64,000 nucleotides of DNA from Candidatus Melainabacteria bacterium 17Bon1m (GCA_032128875.1 JAVLKG010000009.1:192001-256000); one strand, 5' to 3'. Counted from the first letter of the stretch, positions 29,378 to 38,208 are shown. The notes: generated from the letters alone by a model not told the origin. Numbers and translations are program-made.

Positions 29378-31399
29378 ATGCCGAAAAGAATTGACGGGAA
29401 AACGACCTCGATTTTTGTTAGTTTTGCTTTGTCGTTGACTTTGGTTTCTTTCACAACGTTGGAGCCCGTCGCGTTCGCGCAAACTTACACGGATGCGCAA
29501 GGACGCTCGATTACGAAAGAAGAGTACGATGCTGGGCAACTAGTGAATGAGGCGTCGCAGCTTCTCAATCAGAACAAAAATGCAGAAGCTTTGTTCAGAC
29601 TGGAGAGTGCGGTGCGCATTGCGCCCAACATGCCTGATGCGCACTACAACTACGGTATTGCCCTCGCAAAGATGGGGCAAACCGAAGAAGCTGTAAGGCA
29701 GTATCAAGAGGCTTCACGCCTCAATCCTCAGATGCCGTATGCCTGGATGAACCTCGGTGCGAGCTATCAGATGCTCGGAAAAATTGAAGAAGCCGTGCAA
29801 GCGTACACTGAGTTTGTAACGCGTTTTCCTTCCAATCCGGAAGCAGGCAAATTGCGAAATCTGATTCAAGGGTTGAATAAAGAACTTGGTCGCCAAACCA
29901 ATCTTCCCGCCGCGCGGCCACCGCAACAGGCACAGGCTCAACAAGCCCAGCCTCAACAAGCACAGCCTCAACAGGCACAACCTCAACAGGCACAGCAAGC
30001 ACAACAACCGGCTACGCAAAGCAATAACTTCCAGCCTATTAACGCCACCAACAATTTCCAACCGATTGGTGATGGCTCGCAGGGATTTGCTGCTCCACAA
30101 AAGGCAAAAACCGATTGGAGTAAGGGCTCAACGAGTGGCGCCTCATCGTCTTCGTCCCAGCCTGGGCTGAGCGAATGGCAAGGTAGCGATTCTTCAAGTA
30201 GCTCCGGCTCAAATCCGTCCGCTGGCTCTAGTTCGAATTCTTCAGGCGGCTCTAATTCCGTCGGCCTCAGCGGCTGGCAAGGCACTGATAGCAGCTCTAG
30301 TGGCGGAAACTCCGGTGGTTCGCAAGGCAACTTCCAGCCGGTTGGTAAAGCTGGCGGTGCGCAAGGGAATTTCCAACCAATTGGAAAGGCTGGCGGCGCG
30401 CAAGGTGACGGATTTCAGCCGTTGGGGAACGTTAAAACTCAAGGTGGTGGATTCCAGCCCATTGGTGGCGGTGGCAGTGGCTCACAAGCTAACTTTCAGC
30501 CGATAGGAAACTCGGGTGGTTCGCAAGGTAACTTTCAGCCGATTGGCAACGTTGGTGGTTCGCAAGGCAACTTCCAACCCATAGGAAACCCTGCTTCTCA
30601 AGGCAATTTCCAACCAATTGGCAATGTCGGGCAAGGTGCTGCCGACCCGAGCAGTTTTGGTCCGCCGGATGAAGCACCGGCACAGCCATATCAACAGCAG
30701 CCACCAGCGCAGATGCAGCAACCTGGGCAAAGACCCAATCAACCTCCGGTTCAACGTCCTCAAGTTGCATCCGCAGCGCCACGCCAAAATCCTAGCGCTG
30801 GACAGCCTGCAGCGCGTCCCACTACAGGCGGTGGCACTGCGCCAGGCTCTGCCGGAAACGCAGCATCAAATTATCTCAATGATGTTGGTGGTGCTCGACT
30901 CGGAAGATGGCCTTCAAGTCGTATGCCTCTAAAAGTTTGCATTATTCCCGCAGCGAATGTGAAGGGCTACCAGCCGGCGTTTGACCAATGTCTGATCAAA
31001 TGTTTCCAAGACTGGGGTAACTGTTCTGGTGGCAAAATTTCATTCAAGGGAGTCAGCGATCCGAAAACAGCGGATATTGTTTGCACTTGGACGAGTGATA
31101 CCAGCAAGTTCATGAACTCTGCCGAAGCCGGCGAAACCACAGTGTACGGCTCACAGGCTGGAATTCAGCATGTGACAATGCTTGTCCTCACTGTTCCGCA
31201 CCCAATGTCTCCCAGTATTCCCGTTTCCGAAAATCGCTTACGCTGGATCTGCTTGCATGAAATTGGACATGCGCTCGGTCTAGGTGGGCATACTCGAAAC
31301 CCACAGGACATCATGTTCTTCACTACACCACTGGCTGACGTATGGAAAGACCTCACGCCTAGAGATTGCAATACGATTCAGGCTCTGTACTCGAAGTAA
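29378..31399 (+). CDS. exported TPR + low-complexity repeat + matrixin (M10-like metzincin) protease
   Basis: Signal AFA|Q, TPRs, Q/G/S repeats, HEIGHALGLGGH with Met-turn DIMF. Confidence 0.88.
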   Translation: MPKRIDGKTTSIFVSFALSLTLVSFTTLEPVAFAQTYTDAQGRSITKEEYDAGQLVNEASQLLNQNKNAEALFRLESAVRIAPNMPDAHYNYGIALAKMGQTEEAVRQYQEASRLNPQMPYAWMNLGASYQMLGKIEEAVQAYTEFVTRFPSNPEAGKLRNLIQGLNKELGRQTNLPAARPPQQAQAQQAQPQQAQPQQAQPQQAQQAQQPATQSNNFQPINATNNFQPIGDGSQGFAAPQKAKTDWSKGSTSGASSSSSQPGLSEWQGSDSSSSSGSNPSAGSSSNSSGGSNSVGLSGWQGTDSSSSGGNSGGSQGNFQPVGKAGGAQGNFQPIGKAGGAQGDGFQPLGNVKTQGGGFQPIGGGGSGSQANFQPIGNSGGSQGNFQPIGNVGGSQGNFQPIGNPASQGNFQPIGNVGQGAADPSSFGPPDEAPAQPYQQQPPAQMQQPGQRPNQPPVQRPQVASAAPRQNPSAGQPAARPTTGGGTAPGSAGNAASNYLNDVGGARLGRWPSSRMPLKVCIIPAANVKGYQPAFDQCLIKCFQDWGNCSGGKISFKGVSDPKTADIVCTWTSDTSKFMNSAEAGETTVYGSQAGIQHVTMLVLTVPHPMSPSIPVSENRLRWICLHEIGHALGLGGHTRNPQDIMFFTTPLADVWKDLTPRDCNTIQALYSK

Positions 31400-31401
31400 C
31401 C

Positions 31402-31430
31402 GTAGGGTCGACGCCATGCTCCGACCCTAC
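31402..31430. repeat. single REP hairpin with GTAG foot on both strands
   Basis: GTAGGGTCG-ACGCCATGCTC-CGACCCTAC between convergent genes. Confidence 0.75.
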
Positions 31431-31453
31431 ACTAGTGAATCTGTACGAGATTT

Positions 31454-32803
31454 CTACTGAGCTTGAGCTGACGCGCTCTGCTTTGTCGATTTGTTCATAC
31501 GTTTATCAAAGTTGGTTTCTATGTATCTGATGGGCAATGTGATTCGCCATGACAGGCTGTTCTTCAGTCGCCAAATTTGGTTTTCCAGGTAAATCTCATA
31601 GACTTCTTGCTTTTTGAAAGCATCATTGTTTGTGGTGCACAAACCTTCGCTGAACTCTTCGGCATTCAGGCGTTTGTTTAACTCACGAAGATATTTCGAC
31701 ATTCTCCACGAGCGGCTATTGAGATAGGCGGAATACTCTGTTTCCAGTTCGTTGATTCTATCGGAGCGGTCTTGTGAAAAACGCTCACTATGTTCGAAGC
31801 GGTTTGCGCCCAGCTCCGCATCAGTTGTGCCGTTGCGAAGGCGCCACCTATCGCTGTGTACCTTGTCCAGCACTCGCAGCGCGAGTTCGAAATACTCTTC
31901 CGAAGGGACGGAGGCGATCAATTTTTTTGCTTCATCTGAAAGACGGATGCCTTGTGAATTGATCACTGGAGCATATTCCCTCACGGCAACCTCAGATTCC
32001 GAGAGAATCGCATTCATCGACTTCTCGTAGAAATTCTCTTTCGCGCCCTCCATAGATGCCAGCGCCGGTCCATAGAGTTTGCCAAATCTCAGCAGCTCGA
32101 TTGAGTCTAGAAGCAATTTTTTGTTCGCTTTTGTTGCGCTTGTTTCGTGAACTCTGAAAGAACATAGCGGCGTTTCGATAAAGAAATAACTGCCATGCAT
32201 CAGTATGCGCAGCCAATATTCGAGATCACCGAGATGGCGAAAAGACTCGTCAAAGCCAGTTCCTTTGCAGTCTGCACGAAACATGACAGCTGAAGGTTCC
32301 CCTATTTCGTTGCACACACTGCGCAAGCAGCGTTTTAGTACTTCTGTGCCTTCGACTGGACTCGCAGTTTGAAGAGGCTCAAAGCCTTTTGCGTGGGTGG
32401 GCAATTTCCTTCCGCTGTCGTCAATAACCCATTTATTTAGGCTGAGCAAGGCAATTGACGGATGTGCAGCAAAAACTTCGATGGCACGAGCTAGTGCCTC
32501 TGGGTGCAGCAAATCATCTTGGGCAAATGGTTTGATAAAGTTGCCGCACGCTTCAGACATGCAGCGGTTGTAATTCGCGAAGAGCCCTCGATTGCTCTCA
32601 CTGGACAATACTTTGATGCGGCTGTCTCGCTGTGCAAAATCCTGGATTATCTTGAGCGAACTGTCCTTCGAGCAGTCATCCGAAACGATCAGCTCAAAAT
32701 TTGAGTAGGTTTGGGCCAAAACGCTTTCAATTGCGCCCTGCAAATGCTTGGAACCATTGAAAACCGGTAAACAGATGGAAACTAGGCTTTTGTCGACTGC
32801 CAT
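31454..32803 (-). CDS. GT2 family glycosyltransferase
   Basis: VSICLPVFN, ELIVSDDCSKD, QDD, DLEYWLR; two C-terminal SxSWR motifs. Confidence 0.92.
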   Translation of the reverse strand: MAVDKSLVSICLPVFNGSKHLQGAIESVLAQTYSNFELIVSDDCSKDSSLKIIQDFAQRDSRIKVLSSESNRGLFANYNRCMSEACGNFIKPFAQDDLLHPEALARAIEVFAAHPSIALLSLNKWVIDDSGRKLPTHAKGFEPLQTASPVEGTEVLKRCLRSVCNEIGEPSAVMFRADCKGTGFDESFRHLGDLEYWLRILMHGSYFFIETPLCSFRVHETSATKANKKLLLDSIELLRFGKLYGPALASMEGAKENFYEKSMNAILSESEVAVREYAPVINSQGIRLSDEAKKLIASVPSEEYFELALRVLDKVHSDRWRLRNGTTDAELGANRFEHSERFSQDRSDRINELETEYSAYLNSRSWRMSKYLRELNKRLNAEEFSEGLCTTNNDAFKKQEVYEIYLENQIWRLKNSLSWRITLPIRYIETNFDKRMNKSTKQSASAQAQ

Positions 32804-32912
32804 AAATGCTTTCGTGAAACTTGCTAAGTTCTGACCATGCCATTGGCCGTGCCTTTAGCCAACTCTTCAACCAAGTATAGGGGCGATGCTTCCTGGCAAC
32901 CAGTGATTACAT

Positions 32913-34916
32913 TTAAGCTAGTAATGCCACTATTTCGGCTGTTCGGGTTTTCATTCGCGCTCCGACACTGGCCAGCGAGTGATTGTTTCGCACGTACTGG
33001 GCGCCAGCCCTTCCGATGCGAGCGGCAAGCTGACTATCGGCTACAAGATTGCGCATATGTTTTGCTGCGCAATCGATATCCGCGTCCGCCCACTTCTGCC
33101 CTTCGCTAAAGCGATAATCCCCTGGTTCAATGGGAATGAGCCTGTAATCAACCAAGCAGCAAGTATCTGGTAAGCAAAAATCGGTATTGCCACTGTAATT
33201 GGTTGCAATCGTGGGTTTTCCAAGCAACATTGCTTCTGCGATAGTCATGCCGAATCCTTCCGCGCGGTGAAGTGAGACATAGGCATCACACACCATTTGC
33301 AGTCCAAACGTTTCTTCCTTTGAAAAATTTGCTTCGATAAGGAAAATTCGCGTATCTCTCTTTGCCATCTCGCGCAAGAGGGCTCCGGCTGGGTCATTCT
33401 GCTTGATGTTTTTGGTCTTCAGAACCAAACCGACTGGCTCACTTCCATTAGGAAAAGCAGCAAGAAACGCATCGATGGCGGCGAATGGGTTCTTTCGCGA
33501 CAGTCCTGACGAACCATCAAACGTATAGAGAAAGAGAAAACGCCGTTCAGGCAGCCCGAATTGAAATCGTTGAAATTTCGTTTCCTTTGGTTCACGTATT
33601 GCTAGTGGCATGTATATGACGGGCAAATTCAATTGTCTCTCCATGCATGTGTATTGAAAGCGTGATTGCGCCCATACTTCGTCAAAGAAGAACTCGATTT
33701 GCTCTTTGTCAATCGGTGGAAGAGTTTCAAGCTCCCACGCTCCGAAATAAATTTTGTAGCTGTCACTGTGCAGCGCATCCCATGTACGAGAAAGCTGTGG
33801 TATCAGAGAGTATGGAGCACCTACAAATACAGTAGTCTTGTGATTTGCAGTGTTGGAAATACTCGAATTTAAGCTGTCGTCATTGTAGTTGTGTTCGGAA
33901 TGAATGTTGGCAAAACTGATCAGACTGGTTGGAAGTCCTGCATCCAGAGCAGCCATGGCAGTTGTTCGTGCGTGTTCTCCAAGTCCAAAATCTCCAGCCA
34001 ATGCACCTATAATATTCAGTCCATTCAGCTTATGTTCAGCAGTCTCGAGAGTGTCAATTTTCTCCCACTTCTGAATGCTTGAGGTGCTTGAAGTGTTTGA
34101 GCAATTCCTCGCCCATTCGGCGAAATTTTGCTGGGCTTGTTTGTCATCCTTTTCCTTTGGATAATCAGGATTTGATTGCCACTGCAAATGCGCAATTCTA
34201 CTCATATCTGGAAAAGTAGGAGATGGTTGGTTTAGGTGATCGCCATCGAATTCGCGAACCGCATATGATGCTAGGTTCAGCTGTTCGGTCCCAGAAGATA
34301 ACAACCAGAGCACATATAGAGCCTGACTGGACAATGTTTTGAGCGGAAACGCAATTTGTAGATCTTTCCGGGAAAGCCAAATCCAATGCGCCAGTTTGTT
34401 GATTGGAACAGCTAGTTCTCGCATACTAATGTCTGTGATTTCTGATGCTTCCTTCTGCACTTCTCCTGTTAACATCAGGTGTTTATGCGATCTGAAAAGT
34501 GTTGCTCCAAACGTTGACAGAATTTTGCAGTCTCTTTCAACGCGTAAATTTAGGCTGCTATTTAGCGCTGGGCTGAGCAACCATCGTATTACATCAAGTT
34601 TGGATAGCTTTGCGTTTGCACATTCGACTAACTCACCATCATAGGCAACATCGAGCAAATTCAAGTCAATTTGAGGCATCCACTCCTGCGGAAATTGATA
34701 TTCGACTGGACAATGTTCGTGCAACCAAACAAGAAATGCGGTTCTGTAAAAAGGCGACGAGAAGGGCATCAAATCGATCAAATCCTGGCGACCGCAATAC
34801 ACGAAGTACGTGAGTCTCGTCAGGCAAACGCCGAGTTCGGTTGTATATTCCGGTAACTCCTCAAGGAGGCGCGAGATTTGCCAATCTTTGGTAATCGTTG
34901 TGAGTTTTTCGGTCAC
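32913..34916 (-). CDS. GT4 family glycosyltransferase with N-terminal repeats
   Basis: FGLGEHAR, AWELE, RKNP, YVSLHRAEGFGMTIAEAMLLGKPTIATNYSGNTDF. Confidence 0.9.
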   Translation of the reverse strand: MTEKLTTITKDWQISRLLEELPEYTTELGVCLTRLTYFVYCGRQDLIDLMPFSSPFYRTAFLVWLHEHCPVEYQFPQEWMPQIDLNLLDVAYDGELVECANAKLSKLDVIRWLLSPALNSSLNLRVERDCKILSTFGATLFRSHKHLMLTGEVQKEASEITDISMRELAVPINKLAHWIWLSRKDLQIAFPLKTLSSQALYVLWLLSSGTEQLNLASYAVREFDGDHLNQPSPTFPDMSRIAHLQWQSNPDYPKEKDDKQAQQNFAEWARNCSNTSSTSSIQKWEKIDTLETAEHKLNGLNIIGALAGDFGLGEHARTTAMAALDAGLPTSLISFANIHSEHNYNDDSLNSSISNTANHKTTVFVGAPYSLIPQLSRTWDALHSDSYKIYFGAWELETLPPIDKEQIEFFFDEVWAQSRFQYTCMERQLNLPVIYMPLAIREPKETKFQRFQFGLPERRFLFLYTFDGSSGLSRKNPFAAIDAFLAAFPNGSEPVGLVLKTKNIKQNDPAGALLREMAKRDTRIFLIEANFSKEETFGLQMVCDAYVSLHRAEGFGMTIAEAMLLGKPTIATNYSGNTDFCLPDTCCLVDYRLIPIEPGDYRFSEGQKWADADIDCAAKHMRNLVADSQLAARIGRAGAQYVRNNHSLASVGARMKTRTAEIVALLA

Positions 34917-34977
34917 GATTCGAATGGGATATAATTCTTAGATCTGCGAGTTTTTATTCGAGCACAGGACAACAGCG

Positions 34978-36588
34978 ATGCTTGCCGAATCTCTGATTAA
35001 GCTGAGGCAATCCGGCTTATTCGACGAGCGGTATTATAACACTCAGCTAAAGGTGCCGCTTTTGGGCGATAAGGCGCTAGAGCACTACCTTCTTTTTGGT
35101 GTTGTCCAAAAGCTCAATCCTCATCCGCTTTTCATTTCCGACTATTATTTGGAGGTTTATCCGGATGTGGATAGCGCCTCTATAAATCCGCTTATTCACT
35201 TCATCGAATTTGGTTTCAAAGAAAATCGCAGTCCTCATCCATTATTCGATTGCAACTTTTACTTAGACCAGTTTAGACCGGGCGATCGATCCTCGATAAT
35301 TCCTTTTTTCCATTACTTGAATCAAGGCTGGATGGAGGGTAAGAACCCGCATCCGATGTTTGATTCTGAATACTATGTACGAGAGAATCGTGAGCTGCTC
35401 GCTGATGCTGATTTGAATCCTCTCGTGCACTATCTGGCTACAGGGCATGCGATTGGGTGCAATCCTCATCCATTCTTCGATTCGAAGCATTATTTGTCCA
35501 AGCTGTCGCGCCCAATGCCAGATGGTTTCTTAGCCAATCCGCTTGTCCATTTTGTTTTGTGTGGAGTACATGAGGCTATTTCGCCACATCCGAAAATTGC
35601 CTCAGATGAAATTGTCAATTATTTGAAGGGGAGAGGACCGCATTGTGCAGAGGTATTCATGTATGGCTTTTCATCCGTCGATCGCAGTGCATTCGGCAAT
35701 GTGTTTGAGAATTCGAAACGGCAATATGTTACGCCGGACTTTTTGCTGGCGCCTGCGGACGATAGTGTGATCGAATTGCAGTTCTCCATTCCCACCCTCA
35801 AGAACGTTGTTTCGCAGCTCTGTACTGCAAGTCAATTTGGAACAAGCGAATATCTATCCTGGTGCAAGAGGCTGAAAAAGGAGCCACAGAAATCCAGAAA
35901 GTTATGGGAATATGTTTTTATTTTGTCTGCGCTTGAGCAATCCGGAGCGCTAAAGAGTGGCAACTCTGGTATCGGATTTGGTACCGGGCAAGAACCATTA
36001 CCATCGTTTTTCGCAAGCCTTGAAATTGATGTTTTGGCAACTGATGCGCCAGCTGAAATTGCTGAAGCCTGGACTGCTACCATGCAGTGCTCAACTTCTG
36101 CGGAGATGCTTTTCGATGAAGGTATAGTTGAGCGCGAAAGATTTGAACGTCATGTGAGACACGCACTTGTTGATATGAATTCAATTCCTTCCGACTTGCG
36201 CGGATATGATTTCTGCTGGTCATCTTGTGCTCTAGAACACCTCGGTTCGATTGACAAAGGTCTGAGCTTCATTGAAAACAGCTTGGATTGCGTGAAGCCT
36301 GGTGGAGTGGTCGTTCACACAACAGAATTCAATCTCGATAGCAACTCGGAAACGATAGACAACGAAGGGACAGTCTTATTCCGACGTAGAGACATCGAGC
36401 TACTATCGAGAAAACTTGCCTTAGCTGGTCACGAAGTTTTTCCTCTGAATCTCTGCACAGGCGACGAGAAAGTCGATCATTACATTGATGTTCCACCTTT
36501 CTCTCTCCCACACTTGAAGCTCCAAGTTTCAGGCTTCACTACGACATCGTTTGGTCTGGTCGTCAGGAAAAGGCTAGAAACCTACTAA
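34978..36588 (+). CDS. class I SAM-dependent methyltransferase with five N-terminal FDxxYY..NPLxHY..G..PHP repeats
   Basis: Five ~38-40-aa repeats; GIGFGTGQEP..LATD, YDFCWSSCALEHLGS, VKPGGVVVHTTE. Confidence 0.8.
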   Translation: MLAESLIKLRQSGLFDERYYNTQLKVPLLGDKALEHYLLFGVVQKLNPHPLFISDYYLEVYPDVDSASINPLIHFIEFGFKENRSPHPLFDCNFYLDQFRPGDRSSIIPFFHYLNQGWMEGKNPHPMFDSEYYVRENRELLADADLNPLVHYLATGHAIGCNPHPFFDSKHYLSKLSRPMPDGFLANPLVHFVLCGVHEAISPHPKIASDEIVNYLKGRGPHCAEVFMYGFSSVDRSAFGNVFENSKRQYVTPDFLLAPADDSVIELQFSIPTLKNVVSQLCTASQFGTSEYLSWCKRLKKEPQKSRKLWEYVFILSALEQSGALKSGNSGIGFGTGQEPLPSFFASLEIDVLATDAPAEIAEAWTATMQCSTSAEMLFDEGIVERERFERHVRHALVDMNSIPSDLRGYDFCWSSCALEHLGSIDKGLSFIENSLDCVKPGGVVVHTTEFNLDSNSETIDNEGTVLFRRRDIELLSRKLALAGHEVFPLNLCTGDEKVDHYIDVPPFSLPHLKLQVSGFTTTSFGLVVRKRLETY

Positions 36589-36671
36589 GTCTCTTTGGAG
36601 CTTTACTTTCTGGTCTTATCTAATCTCTTCAGTCTGAGTTGAGCATTTAATGCTCGCCTGGAGATATATAC

Positions 36672-36887
36672 ACGCCTTCAGGATGGGCTAAAATGCCTGA
36701 AATCCTTGGCTGGCAAGTGTTTTGGTCGAAACACTCTCTGCCGCAAGGGAGGCGTTTAATGTGCCCAGTGGTTGGCGTCTTGCAGGGGCGTCCGGCCAGG
36801 TGGGCGTTTCCAGTGTGGGAGATTTACGAAGCCGGGGGGATTTTCCCCAATTGGAAATGCCGACTCACCGCCGTAAAGTGAGGGCAC
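36672..36887 (+). ncRNA. candidate structured RNA / cis-regulatory leader (no known family recognised)
   Basis: Two multi-helix domains with many G-U pairs valid only on the + strand; see findings. Confidence 0.5.
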
Positions 36888-36934
36888 GAACAGCGAAGTT
36901 GCCGACACGATTTTTTGGAAAACAGGTGGGAATT

Positions 36935-37165
36935 ATGTTTAAGAACTCATGCGACGAAGAAAAACTCTGCCAAGTCCTCAAAGCCTACGTTGAAGAGTGG
37001 GGTCCGGAAAATGTAATCGTGTCCGTTCCGCGCCACTGGTCCGAATACTCGACTAGCTCCCTCGGACGCGTCAGATTGGAATTCGCAACCCGCGACACAG
37101 TATCTATCCGCGTTGAATACGACTTTGTCCGCTTGAACTACGACGTTCAACTGCAAGCCGCTTAA
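36935..37165 (+). CDS. small hypothetical protein (76 aa) ending -LQAA
   Basis: AGGTGGGA RBS before ATG 36935, C-ending codon style like gap/groEL, own terminator. Confidence 0.75.
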   Translation: MFKNSCDEEKLCQVLKAYVEEWGPENVIVSVPRHWSEYSTSSLGRVRLEFATRDTVSIRVEYDFVRLNYDVQLQAA

Positions 37166-37231
37166 GTCAACAACTAACTTCTTCCCCGATCAGGCAGACG
37201 ATCGGATTGAGAACACCACACACAAGCATTT

Positions 37232-37263
37232 AAGACCGCCTCCCACCGGCGGTCTTTTTGTTT
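37232..37263 (+). terminator. intrinsic terminator
   Basis: AAGACCGCC-TCCCACC-GGCGGTCTT then TTTGTTT. Confidence 0.88.
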
Positions 37264-37301
37264 AGAACTTCGTAGTCGCTGTTGCATTGGCGCGGAGTTG
37301 C

Positions 37302-37422
37302 GTGGGGGCGCGTTGCACGCGCCCAACAAATTTGAGAGTCGAAAAAAAATTCGAGGTCGCATGCAATGCGACCCCACGAAAGCCAGTCACGAAGACCTGG
37401 CGACGCATGGCGTCGCCCCTAC
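37302..37422. repeat. REP cluster: inverted GTGG pair plus a GTAG REP
   Basis: GTGG REP 37302-37324 (+), GTGG-GGTCGCA-TTGCA-TGCGACC 37355-37377 (-), GTAG-GGGCGACGCCATGCGTCGCC 37399-37422 (-). Confidence 0.88.
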
Positions 37423-38111
37423 AGTCGGACGGCTTTGATCACGATTTTGTCGTCGGTAAATTCGACAATTTTTCCGTCGACGATTTTGGCTTGCAGATAG
37501 TCTTTCGCTTCTTGTGTGCTATCAACAAAAGCCTCATGAATGCGTTGTTTTTGTTCGTCCGATAACGGAGAATGCTCGAGCCACCTGGTGGCATCCCTGG
37601 TGTCCTTTGTCAGCTTATACTCGACCAGCTTCAAACCGTTTTCTCGCAAAAGGTTTTTCCAGTCTTCGACGGTAAACAAAGTTTTGAACGTTGAATCGCG
37701 GAGTCGTCCAATCTTCATCAGAAAGTCACCCAGAGCTCGATTATCGGGCGATATGGAGTCGCCGATAATAAGTGGGGCGTTTTCTTTTAGAACGCTTGCA
37801 ACTTGCTGTAGAGCCCTAGGAACATCGTCAAAATGGTGCGTTGCCATTCGACATGTCGCGCCGTCGAATTTGTTTTTTCCAAACGACAAATTCTCAGCAT
37901 CCATAACCAACGCGGTCACATTGAGAATGTTCTTTTGCTGCAGTACTTCATTGCATTTTTGAATCGCCTTTTCGGACGAATCAATTGCGGTGACAACGCA
38001 TCCGACATCAGCAAGAGCAATGGCCGTGTCGCCATGGTGCGTCGCGAGGTCTAGAACGTGTGCGCCAGGCACGGGTTTGAGGAGGTCGATAAGTAATTGA
38101 GGTTCAAACAT
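37419..38111 (-). CDS. class I SAM-dependent methyltransferase (UbiE/Methyltransf_11-like)
   Basis: VLDLATHHG, VTAIDSS, MDAENLSF..FD..CRMATHHF; start at ATG 38111 (or GTG 38138). Confidence 0.88.
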   Translation of the reverse strand: MFEPQLLIDLLKPVPGAHVLDLATHHGDTAIALADVGCVVTAIDSSEKAIQKCNEVLQQKNILNVTALVMDAENLSFGKNKFDGATCRMATHHFDDVPRALQQVASVLKENAPLIIGDSISPDNRALGDFLMKIGRLRDSTFKTLFTVEDWKNLLRENGLKLVEYKLTKDTRDATRWLEHSPLSDEQKQRIHEAFVDSTQEAKDYLQAKIVDGKIVEFTDDKIVIKAVRL

Positions 38112-38112
38112 C

Positions 38113-38155
38113 AAAGAAAACCGGATGAGGGAAAACACAGTTTAACCTCATCCGG
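38113..38155 (-). terminator. intrinsic terminator of the EF-hand/LysM gene
   Basis: Minus strand CCGGATGAGG-15 nt-CCTCATCCGG-TTTTCTTT. Confidence 0.75.
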
Positions 38156-38208
38156 CGTTGGATATGCATCAAATTTTGTTGATTGAAATTCGGTCGATCT
38201 GAAATTAT

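Noticed and set aside
36722-36934. N-terminal extension of the small ORF to 147 aa
   Set aside because: TTG start without RBS; the best RBS precedes ATG 36935, and the region is better explained as structured RNA.
36672-37260. tmRNA or group II intron interpretation (-QAA ending, GTGCCC start)
   Set aside because: No tRNA-like acceptor or T-arm ends, no domain V motif, and no reverse transcriptase.
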